Shown in pieces: positions 23,578-31,615 of a stretch of 32,914 nt of DNA. Both the position numbers and the translations under genes were made by a program. The notes below the pieces were generated by a model, which was given only the letters and a program-made list of their open reading frames with translations, did not search any database and was not told the DNA's origin. Each line of letters opens with the position of its first letter. Within the stretch, counting starts at the first letter, position 1. Origin of the DNA: a virus (lineage: Duplodnaviria > Caudoviricetes); the IMG/VR virus record IMGVR_UViG_3300043493_000106, positions 1 to 32,914 of that record; one strand, 5' to 3'.

Positions 23578-24414
23578 ATGACCGCCATGACCAAGTTCTA
23601 CTCACCACGCCCGCTCGACGACGACCAGCTCGCCAAGATGGTGCCGAGCATCTTCACGCAGACCGCCCACCACAGCCGCTCCGAGCGGTTCGCGCCGATC
23701 CCCACCATCACCGCGGTGCGCGAGCTGCGCCGCAATGGCTTCGCCTGCTACGGCGCCGGCGAGTCCGGCTGCCGCTTCACCGACCGCCGCAACTACGTCA
23801 AGCACATGCTCAAGTTCCGCAAGGAAGGTGACGACAGCCGCCGCATGCGGGTTGGCGACTCGACGCTTGAGGTGATCCTGCGCAACGCCAACGATGGCAC
23901 CAGCGGATACCACCTCGATGCCGGCATCTTCCGGCTGGCCTGCCTCAACGGCATGGTTGTGAAATCGCGCGATTTCGGCTCAGTCAACATCCGCCACACC
24001 GGCGAGCGCCGCCAGACGCTCGACCGCGTCGTGGTCGGCACCCACGAGATCGCCCAGCGCGCCGACCTGGCGCTGGCGGCGCCGCGCGACTGGTCGCGCA
24101 TCATCCTCGACGCGGCACAGCGCGCTGCGTTCGCCGAGGCGGCCCACAAGCTGCGTTTTGGCGACAAGGAAGACCGCCTCGAGCCGCGCCAGCTGCTGAT
24201 CCCGCGCCGCTACGAGGACAGCCGCGGAGATCTCTGGTCGGTGTTCAACGTGGTGCAGGAGAACTGCATCAACGGCGGCATCGCGGCGGTCCGCAACATG
24301 CCCGGAGCGTCGCGGCGCTGGACGACGCGCGGCGTCAACGGCATCGGCGACAATGTGCGCCTGAACCAGAACCTGTGGGAGTTGGCGGAGACCTTCGCCA
24401 AGGAGGCCGCATGA
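23578..24414 (+). CDS. DUF932 (DUF945) family protein
   Basis: PSIF...HHSRSERFAPIPT, KHMLKFR, NANDGTSGY...AGIFRLACLNGMV, DLWSVFNVVQEN...LNQNLW motifs. Confidence 0.88.
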   Translation: MTAMTKFYSPRPLDDDQLAKMVPSIFTQTAHHSRSERFAPIPTITAVRELRRNGFACYGAGESGCRFTDRRNYVKHMLKFRKEGDDSRRMRVGDSTLEVILRNANDGTSGYHLDAGIFRLACLNGMVVKSRDFGSVNIRHTGERRQTLDRVVVGTHEIAQRADLALAAPRDWSRIILDAAQRAAFAEAAHKLRFGDKEDRLEPRQLLIPRRYEDSRGDLWSVFNVVQENCINGGIAAVRNMPGASRRWTTRGVNGIGDNVRLNQNLWELAETFAKEAA

Positions 24415-24728
24415 CCGAGTTCCCACCACACGGAGGCAGCGACACGTCGTTCGATGCAGCGATGAGCATGGAGGAGATCACCGGCTTCCTGCGCAAGCTG
24501 GTCTATGCCGCGATCAAGTTGTTACCGCGAACCTGTGACGAGCTGGAGGTGGCGCTCGACATGCGCCACCAGACGTGCAGCGCCCGCATCTACGAGCTGC
24601 ATCGTAAGCAGTGGATACACGACAGCGGCCGCCGCCGTAGGACGCGGTCCGGCCGCGACGCGATTGTTTGGGCGGTGACGGAGCAACACGATCGCGTCGA
24701 TCAACTGGAAGGAGAAAAGCGTGTCTAA
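24411..24728 (+). CDS. Winged-helix DNA-binding protein
   Basis: DTSFDAA...TCDELEVAL...QTCSARIYEL...DSGRRRRTRSGRDAIVW pattern; AGGAGG SD. Confidence 0.75.
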   Translation: MTEFPPHGGSDTSFDAAMSMEEITGFLRKLVYAAIKLLPRTCDELEVALDMRHQTCSARIYELHRKQWIHDSGRRRRTRSGRDAIVWAVTEQHDRVDQLEGEKRV

Positions 24729-25899
24729 CCACTCAACCATCCTCGGCGGCAGCAACGCCCAGCGTTTGCTCGTTTGTCCGGCATCTTACCAGGAGCTGAT
24801 GCGCAGCCCCGACACCGACGTCGCCTCGAGCTACGCCGATGAAGGCTCGATGCTGCACGACATGAAGGCCGCCGACATCGCCGGCCTGCCGCGTCCGCCG
24901 ATCGAGCTGAGCGCCGAGCAGGTCGAGACGCTCGACAAGGCAGGCGCCATGCTCAAGAAGCTGACCAAGGCGTGGGGCGGCGGCTTCCGCGTCGCAGCGG
25001 TCGAGGAGACTATCCCCTTCCCCGGCGTTCCAGGGTCGTTCGGCACCGTCGACCTGGTGCTGCACTCCAAGACCCACGTCTTGATCGCTGACTGGAAATT
25101 CGGCAGCGGCGTGCCCGTCAGCGCGCTCTACGAGCTGCCCGACGGTTACGACATGGTCAACCCACAGTTGGCCTTCTACGCCATCTGCGCGCGCGCCCAG
25201 CGGCCCAAGCTGTTCAAGGGCAAGAAGATCGTCCTGGTGATCATCCAGCCGCGCCTGGATTCGCTCAGCGAGGTGGTCACCGACCACGAGGAGCTGGACG
25301 ATTTCAAAGCCCGCCTGACCGCCGCCTATTCCGAGGCGATCGGCCGCAACCCGCACCGCGAGCGCGGCGAGCACTGCAGGTTCGCCAGGTGCAAGTCGAC
25401 CTGCAAGCTGTGGACCGGACCGCTGCTCACGCTCGAGGCTCTCGACCCCAACAAGGCGGCGCTGCGCGGCTCGCAGTCGAATGCCGCGGAGGCCGGCTAC
25501 GCGACCTTCCTGTCGACCGCCATGGGCGTGGTCGAGCTGGCCGAGACGTGGGCCGAGGAGATCCGCCGCCAGGCGCACGCCTATCTCAGCGACGGCGGCA
25601 CGGTGGCAGGCTGGAAGCTGGTCCCAAAAAGGGGCACGCGGCAGTGGAAAGACCCGGTGGTGGTGACGACCGATCTAATGCGGATTGGTGCCCTGCCCGA
25701 GGACATCTTCACCGAGCCGCAGCTGAAGTCGGTGGCGCAGGTCGAGAAGGCGCTCAAGCCGCGTCAGATCGACCTGCCGGAGGATCTCTACCAGGTAGTG
25801 TCGAGCGGGACGACGATCGCCCACGACGACGACAAGCGGCCAGCGGCGACGCACGCCACGGCGATTGCCGATCTCAGGACGGCACTCAAGACATTGTAG
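24721..25899 (+). CDS. DUF2800 family PD-(D/E)xK (Cas4-like) exonuclease
   Basis: HSTILGGSNAQRLLVCPAS, EGSMLH, FGTVD, DWKFGSG, NPQLAFYA, IIQPR, GEHCRFARCKSTC. Confidence 0.88.
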   Translation: MSNHSTILGGSNAQRLLVCPASYQELMRSPDTDVASSYADEGSMLHDMKAADIAGLPRPPIELSAEQVETLDKAGAMLKKLTKAWGGGFRVAAVEETIPFPGVPGSFGTVDLVLHSKTHVLIADWKFGSGVPVSALYELPDGYDMVNPQLAFYAICARAQRPKLFKGKKIVLVIIQPRLDSLSEVVTDHEELDDFKARLTAAYSEAIGRNPHRERGEHCRFARCKSTCKLWTGPLLTLEALDPNKAALRGSQSNAAEAGYATFLSTAMGVVELAETWAEEIRRQAHAYLSDGGTVAGWKLVPKRGTRQWKDPVVVTTDLMRIGALPEDIFTEPQLKSVAQVEKALKPRQIDLPEDLYQVVSSGTTIAHDDDKRPAATHATAIADLRTALKTL

Positions 25900-25944
25900 C
25901 GGGCGGGTCGTTCGCTACGATAACGGACGGCGACGTGTCAGGCC

Positions 25945-25976
25945 GCAAACAGGACACAGCAAACAGGAAAAGCAAA
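25945..25976 (+). repeat. 7-nt periodic A-rich leader repeats
   Basis: GCAAACA GGACACA GCAAACA GGAAAA GCAAA directly before the SSB ATG. Confidence 0.65.
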
Positions 25977-26804
25977 ATGGTAAACGATATCAGCAATACC
26001 ACCCAGGGCGGTCGCGCCCTTTCGACGGACTTCGCGGACCGCTTCCGCGCCGGCGTCGCGCTGTCGCGCGCGTCGACCATCCTGCCCGGCGGCAAGCCCA
26101 TCCTTCGCCTCTTGAAGAGTGGCGAGTGGGTCTACGGCCAGAACGACGAGGACGTGCAGAAGGGCAGCGAGTGGGCGATCAATCCCCATTCGATCGCCCA
26201 CGGCTATGTCTGCTGGCTCACCAATCCTGGCGGCAACGCCAAGAACCAGCTGCTCGGCGAGGTCATGTGCTCGGTGCTCGATCCCAAGCCGCCGCTGCCC
26301 GAGCACATCGCCGGCGGCGAGTGGAAGGAGCAGCGTATCTGCGAAATGAAGTGCCTGACCGGCGACGATGAAGGCGTCGAGGTCGTCTATAAGACCCCGA
26401 GTCTCGGCGGCCTGCGTGCCTTCGACAGTCTGCTTGCGGCGATCACCGCGCAGATCGACGCCGGCAATCGCGACCACATCGTGGCGATCGTCCAGCTGCA
26501 CCAGGACTTCTACGTCCACAACACCTACGGGCGGACCTACTTCCCGATCCTCAACATCACGGGGTGGGCCGACATCGACGGCAACCGCCTGACCAAGGCC
26601 GGCAAGCCGGCGGCCGTTGCGGCACCACCGGCCGACGCCAAGCCGGCCAAGAAGACCAAGGCGCCGCTGGCCGCCGTCGGCCAGGCGGCCGAGCAGGCCG
26701 CCCCTGACGCCGACGACACGCTGCCGCAGGTCGATGCCGCTGCCGTGCAGCCGCAGCGTCCAGGCGCGCCGCCGCGTCGTCAGCGTCCGTCCGCCCGCGC
26801 CTGA
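25977..26804 (+). CDS. Putative single-stranded DNA-binding protein
   Basis: 275 aa between exonuclease and PolA (the usual SSB slot); GEWVYGQ, HGYVCW, YVHNTYGRTYFPILNITGW; low-complexity tail. Confidence 0.65.
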   Translation: MVNDISNTTQGGRALSTDFADRFRAGVALSRASTILPGGKPILRLLKSGEWVYGQNDEDVQKGSEWAINPHSIAHGYVCWLTNPGGNAKNQLLGEVMCSVLDPKPPLPEHIAGGEWKEQRICEMKCLTGDDEGVEVVYKTPSLGGLRAFDSLLAAITAQIDAGNRDHIVAIVQLHQDFYVHNTYGRTYFPILNITGWADIDGNRLTKAGKPAAVAAPPADAKPAKKTKAPLAAVGQAAEQAAPDADDTLPQVDAAAVQPQRPGAPPRRQRPSARA

Positions 26805-26805
26805 C

Positions 26806-29004
26806 ATGCTCAGCCGGGTAGACGACCGCGAGCCGGGGGCGACATTCGCCCTCGGCGACATAATGTTCATCGATTTCGAGACGATCGGCGACCTGTCGAT
26901 CCAGTCGGTCGGCGCCGATCGCTACAGCCGCAATGCCGACGCGGTGATGCTGGCGTGGGCGATCGGCGGCAGCCCGGTGACGGTGACCGCGGTGTCCAGC
27001 TTCGACGGCCCGCTCAAATGGTCCGACATGCCCAACCAGCTGCAGCAATTCTACTACCGGGCGACGGCAGGCAGTGGCGTGTTCTGCGCCCACAACGCCT
27101 TCTTCGACCGATCGATCTGGAACAACGCCACATCAGGCTTCCCGTTCATGGAGCCGCGCATGATGATCGACAGCCGCGTCCAGGCGGCCGCCGCCGGCCT
27201 GCCGGCTTCGCTCGAGATGGCGGCGCGCTACGCCGGCGCCGCTGCCGCTCAGCTGAAGGACACGCGCGGCAAGGAACTGATTAAGCTGTTCACGCTGCCG
27301 GACTCGACCGCCACGCCGCAGTCGCACCCGCAGCAATGGCAGGATTTCCAGAATTACGCCGCCCAGGACATCGTCGCCATGCGCGAGCTGTTCATGTCGA
27401 CGCATCAGCTGCCGCTCGCCGAGTGGAAGGAATACTGGGCCGCCGAGCAGATCAACGACGACGGCGTGACGATCGACCTGCCGCTGGTCGAGGCGGCGGC
27501 AAAAATGGCGACGGCCGCGCAGCGGATCTCGGCGCGCGACCTGGCCGAGCTGACGTCCGGCACCGTCACCACCGTCGACCAGGTGGCGCGCATCATCCAC
27601 TGGCTGCACGGCGTGCTGCCGGCCGAGGGCCGCGACATGCTGGTCAAACGCTACGAGGAGGTCGACGAAGAGGGTGTCGTCACGCGGCCCAAGAAGCTGT
27701 CGCTGACGCGCGATCGTGTCGTCAGGCTGATCGCCTACCTCGAGGCTCAGGAAACGCTCACAAACAGCCTCGCCGTGGCGCTGCGCGTCCTGCAGATACG
27801 GCTCTATGGCGGATCGAAGACGCCGGCCAAGTTCGGTAAGCTGCTGCAGCAGCATGTCGACGGTGTGGTGCGCGGTCAGTATCAGTTCAACGGCGCCAGC
27901 CAGACCGGGCGGTTCTCGGCGCGCGGGGTGCAGATCCACAACCTCATGCGCGACGCCAGTCCTTACGAGATCGACGCCATCGATGCGCTGTCCGGCGGCA
28001 TCGATCCCGCCAGCTTCGCCGCGTTCGGCGACGACACGCCGATCTCGCGCAAGCTGTCGTTGTTGATTCGTCCTGCTTTCGTTGCCGAGAAAGGCCACGC
28101 ATTTGTCTGGGGCGACTGGGCCAACATCGAGGCCAGGCTGGTTCCTTGGTTGGCTAACGATCCCGAGGCCGAGGCACGGCTCGACATCTTCAGGGCGGTC
28201 GACGACGGCTCGGAACCGTTCGACATCTACACCCGCACCGCCGCCAGGCTGTCGAACCTGGCGCTCGAGGACGTCACCAAGGAGATCCGCCAGCGCGGCA
28301 AGATCGTTGAACTGGCGTGCGGTTTCGGGGGGTCGACCAACGCGCTGCTGTCGATGGCGGCTGGATATGGCGTGCACATCGAGGAGGGCGTCGCCAAGCA
28401 TTTCGTCGAGACCTGGCGGCAGGAGAACCGATGGGCGCCGCGCTTCTGGGGCCGCCACGACGAACACCGCTCCTATGGCCTGTGGGGAGCGCTGAACACG
28501 GCGATCGAGCGTCCCGGCGTCACCTGCACGGCGGGCCGCATCAACTACTGCTACATCGACAACTACCTCGGCGGATCGCTGATCTGCGTCCTGCCGAGCG
28601 GCCGCTGCCTGACCTACCGCAACATCCACGAGGACTTGGTCGACGAGCTTGACGACAACGACCAGGTGATCGGTGTCAGGCGCGAGCTGCGGTTCTCCAG
28701 GGATATGGGCCGCGTCAAGCTGTGGCCAGGCTTGGCCTGTGAAAACGTTGTCCAGGCGTGCGCCGCAGACCTGCTGCGCGGCACGCTGGTCAGGCTTGAC
28801 GAGGTCGCCGAGTGGATGCCGGTCGCCTTGCACACGCACGACGAGGTCGTTGTCGAGACGCGCGAGCGCGACGTCGAGGACGCCGCCGGCTGCCTGAAGC
28901 TGACCATGGAAGAGGGTTTCGATTGGAGCGAGGGGCTGCCGATCGCCGCCGACACCACGATCGGCCGCTGGTACACAAAACAATCTAAGTCGACAGGGCT
29001 GTGA
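26806..29004 (+). CDS. polA: Family A DNA polymerase with 3'-5' exonuclease
   Basis: ExoI IDFET, ExoII AHNAFFDR, ExoIII YAAQD, TGRFS, motif A DWANIEAR, motif B RQRGKIVELACGFG, motif C HTHDEV. Confidence 0.95.
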   Translation: MLSRVDDREPGATFALGDIMFIDFETIGDLSIQSVGADRYSRNADAVMLAWAIGGSPVTVTAVSSFDGPLKWSDMPNQLQQFYYRATAGSGVFCAHNAFFDRSIWNNATSGFPFMEPRMMIDSRVQAAAAGLPASLEMAARYAGAAAAQLKDTRGKELIKLFTLPDSTATPQSHPQQWQDFQNYAAQDIVAMRELFMSTHQLPLAEWKEYWAAEQINDDGVTIDLPLVEAAAKMATAAQRISARDLAELTSGTVTTVDQVARIIHWLHGVLPAEGRDMLVKRYEEVDEEGVVTRPKKLSLTRDRVVRLIAYLEAQETLTNSLAVALRVLQIRLYGGSKTPAKFGKLLQQHVDGVVRGQYQFNGASQTGRFSARGVQIHNLMRDASPYEIDAIDALSGGIDPASFAAFGDDTPISRKLSLLIRPAFVAEKGHAFVWGDWANIEARLVPWLANDPEAEARLDIFRAVDDGSEPFDIYTRTAARLSNLALEDVTKEIRQRGKIVELACGFGGSTNALLSMAAGYGVHIEEGVAKHFVETWRQENRWAPRFWGRHDEHRSYGLWGALNTAIERPGVTCTAGRINYCYIDNYLGGSLICVLPSGRCLTYRNIHEDLVDELDDNDQVIGVRRELRFSRDMGRVKLWPGLACENVVQACAADLLRGTLVRLDEVAEWMPVALHTHDEVVVETRERDVEDAAGCLKLTMEEGFDWSEGLPIAADTTIGRWYTKQSKSTGL

Positions 29005-29084
29005 TGCTGCCGCGCAGCGCCACTGGAATGTCAGGAGGATGTCAGGAAGTACGAGAAAACTGCCAGATTGTACGATATGGCCAC

Positions 29085-29158
29085 TTGGCAAAATGTAGAT
29101 ACTGTGCGCTTTTAATAGAACGCCGGGTCTAGGCGATCAACCAAAAGACCCGGCGTTC
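29085..29158 (+). promoter_or_regulatory. Putative promoter and 13-bp inverted repeat upstream of the ParB-like cassette
   Basis: AT-rich gap with TTGGCA...TTTAAT; perfect GAACGCCGGGTCT/AGACCCGGCGTTC at 29118-29158. Confidence 0.5.
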
Positions 29159-29200
29159 AAAAGTACCATCAACCCGTGAGAGCCAACGGAGGAATCCATT

Positions 29201-30175
29201 ATGCTCACAGCTACACCTAAGTCTAGCGCCATCGTCGAGATCGAGAGGCTGGGCTTCGCATGGCGTGAAGAAGCGCAATATGATCTCGAGCAGCTGGACG
29301 ACACTGACCGCGTCCAGGTCCGCGACAGCGAGCACTACGCCCCCAAGGCGCAGGTCGCTCAATATGCGGTTCAGATGGGCCAGACGCCCTTCCCGCCGAT
29401 CGTCGTCACCAGCAACCACTGGACGGTAGACGGCAACACCCGCAAGGGCGCTCGCAAGCTCCGCAAGGAGAAGTACACCGCGGCGATCATCCTCGACGCG
29501 GAGTTTGGCAAGAACGCCAAGATCGACGCCCGCCTGCACGCGCTGGCGGCGACGCTCAACCAGACTGGCGGTCAGCGCCTGACGCCAGTCGAAGCCAAGG
29601 CCGCCGCCAAGAAGATGCTGGCCGGTGGCGAAACGTGGAAGCCCGAGCAGATCTCGAGGGCGGTCGGCATCAAGACGGCGACCGTCGCCCAAGTCAAACG
29701 CGAGATGGCGGCCGAGGTGAAGTTCGCCAAGGTCGGCTTCACCGGCGAGGCTAGTATGCCGCGCTCTGTCGTCAACGCTTTCGGCAGCGCTGACATTACG
29801 GTCCTCAACGACGTTCCCTACAAGAAGCTGGCGGAGCTTGCCGTCGACGCCAATCTGGGGGCGTCGGAGGTCAACGAGATCGCCCGCGAAATGAAGGCGA
29901 CCGGATCCGACGCTGGCATGATCTCACACGTCGATGGCAAGCGCGGCGAAATGTCGGAGCGCATCAAGGAGCACGCGCTGTTCGGGTCCGGCAAGCCGGC
30001 GCCGTCGGCGATGCTGCGGCGTTCGCTCGGCACCGTCACCAAGTACGCAGCCACGCCGGCTGCCCTGGTCGAACACGCGCCGGCCGCCGCCGCCGACCAC
30101 CTCAAGGTGCTGCAGGACGTCATCGCGATCCTCCAGGCCGCAGCGGTGCTGCAGCAGGAGGCAATCGATGGTTGA
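29201..30175 (+). CDS. ParB/Srx-like N-terminal domain protein with HTH
   Basis: VAQYAVQMGQTPFPPIVV...VDGNTR (arginine-patch-like), LNQTGGQRLT, WKPEQISRAVGIKTATVAQVKR HTH; GGAGG SD. Confidence 0.75.
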   Translation: MLTATPKSSAIVEIERLGFAWREEAQYDLEQLDDTDRVQVRDSEHYAPKAQVAQYAVQMGQTPFPPIVVTSNHWTVDGNTRKGARKLRKEKYTAAIILDAEFGKNAKIDARLHALAATLNQTGGQRLTPVEAKAAAKKMLAGGETWKPEQISRAVGIKTATVAQVKREMAAEVKFAKVGFTGEASMPRSVVNAFGSADITVLNDVPYKKLAELAVDANLGASEVNEIAREMKATGSDAGMISHVDGKRGEMSERIKEHALFGSGKPAPSAMLRRSLGTVTKYAATPAALVEHAPAAAADHLKVLQDVIAILQAAAVLQQEAIDG

Positions 30176-31244
30176 GAAATCCGCTGACTACGCGCTGATC
30201 ATGCATCACGCGGTACGTCATGTCGGATTGAGACTGGAAGGGGCCGCGCCAGCGGCCCTTTCCATCTCCGACATGGCACGGGATTACGATCCCCCGGTTC
30301 CAGCCGATCTCAACCGCGTCAAGCGGCACGAGCACGTCGGCAGCGATGCCGCCGCTCGTGAGTGGGTGATCCGCTACGCCGTCAGCCTGCTGAGCGACGC
30401 TCTCGTTGTCGACGGCAACATGGTGGTGTTCGCGGACGGCAAAGGTTTCGACGACCTGACGTGGAACGACGGCAAGAAGATGAAAAAGGCGGAGCGCCCC
30501 GCCCCCGACATCTACGCCCAGCTGCGCAATCCGTTCGACCCGATGAGCGGGGCGTTTTCCGAAAACATCCGCATCGACCTGGGCGACCTCACCGAGCTGC
30601 GCCAATCAATGACGGCGTGGGGTTGGATCGACCGGCCGCAATTCCGGGCGCTCGGCAACGCGCGCACCAAGGTGGTCCTGATTGGCCATCGCCGCATCGC
30701 CGTCGCCAAGGAGCTTGGCATCGAATGGGAGAAGCATGTCGACTGGATTGACGTCGGTGACGGTGACGGCGCCGACGCCGAACGGTTCAAGCTGGCGATC
30801 GCCTCTAATATTGGCGCCAAGCCGCTGTCGCCCAACGACCGCAAGCGAATCGCGGCGCACCTCAAAATCGAACAAGGCTGGTCGCAGGCCGCGATAGCCG
30901 AAGCATTGAACATAAACCAAGCGACGGTCAGCCGAGACCTCGGCAGCATTATGCAGACGCATAATGTCGATCGTGGCCTGGACACGCTCGGACGGCGGAA
31001 ATCACCCGGTCGCCCGAAAGGCTCGGGCAAAGGTAAAATCAAGAAATCTCCTGTCGAAGAGCAGGCCCAGCGGTCGGTCAACACGACGCCGGTCGAATGG
31101 ATTCAGTTCAAGGAGAAAGCCGAAGCCGAAGGCTATTCACCGGCCGCCAAGCTCGGCGAACTGGTGCGCCGCGAGGTCACCGAGGTAAAATCCGCACCGC
31201 TTTGCACATGCCCGCATTGCGGCCGTACCCATCAGGGGAAATAG
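30168..31244 (+). CDS. ParB-like protein with N-terminal extension, HTH and C-terminal CPHC zinc ribbon
   Basis: ENIR...LTELRQSM..WG...LIGHRRIAVAKELG...AIASN, WSQAAIAEALNINQATVSRDL, CTCPHCG; AGGAGG SD before ATG 30168. Confidence 0.8.
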   Translation: MVEKSADYALIMHHAVRHVGLRLEGAAPAALSISDMARDYDPPVPADLNRVKRHEHVGSDAAAREWVIRYAVSLLSDALVVDGNMVVFADGKGFDDLTWNDGKKMKKAERPAPDIYAQLRNPFDPMSGAFSENIRIDLGDLTELRQSMTAWGWIDRPQFRALGNARTKVVLIGHRRIAVAKELGIEWEKHVDWIDVGDGDGADAERFKLAIASNIGAKPLSPNDRKRIAAHLKIEQGWSQAAIAEALNINQATVSRDLGSIMQTHNVDRGLDTLGRRKSPGRPKGSGKGKIKKSPVEEQAQRSVNTTPVEWIQFKEKAEAEGYSPAAKLGELVRREVTEVKSAPLCTCPHCGRTHQGK

Positions 31245-31246
31245 CG

Positions 31247-31615
31247 ATGAGACAGAAATCGGAACTTCGCGGCTACCAGGCCGGTTTTAATATGCAGGCA
31301 CACCTGACGCGGCAACGGGAGTGGTCTGAGAAGACGTTCGGTCCAGGTCCGCGCACCCACGGCATCATCGACCACATCACCAAGGAGCTGGTCGAGATCG
31401 CGGCCGATCCGGGCGACGTCAAGGAGTGGCTCGACGTCGTCGTGCTGGCGCTCGACGGCGCTTGGCGGTCCGGCGCCACGCCGGACCAGATCATCGACCT
31501 CCTGGTCGCCAAGCAGGACCGCAACGAGAAGCGGGTCTGGCCCGACTGGCGCACCATGTCGCCGGATAAGGCGATCGAACACGACAGGAGCCACGACCAT
31601 GCGCCTCAAGAGTGA
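31247..31615 (+). CDS. DUF550-like dATP/dGTP pyrophosphohydrolase domain protein
   Basis: REWSEKTFGPG...GIIDHITKELVEIAADPGDVKEWLDVVVLALDGAWRSG...KQDRNEKRVWPDWR...IEH. Confidence 0.85.
   Translation: MRQKSELRGYQAGFNMQAHLTRQREWSEKTFGPGPRTHGIIDHITKELVEIAADPGDVKEWLDVVVLALDGAWRSGATPDQIIDLLVAKQDRNEKRVWPDWRTMSPDKAIEHDRSHDHAPQE

Noticed and set aside
115-29091. Long antisense or alternate-frame ORFs (e.g. 1354-2910 +, 7050-8468 +, 12337-13668 +, 20602-22014 +, 27133-29091 -)
   Set aside because: Shadow ORFs of genuine genes in high-GC DNA; R/A/G-rich, with no motifs or RBS.
26806-31615. Z-genome (DpoZ/PurZ) system
   Set aside because: No purZ or datZ in the window; PolA plus DUF550 alone is insufficient.
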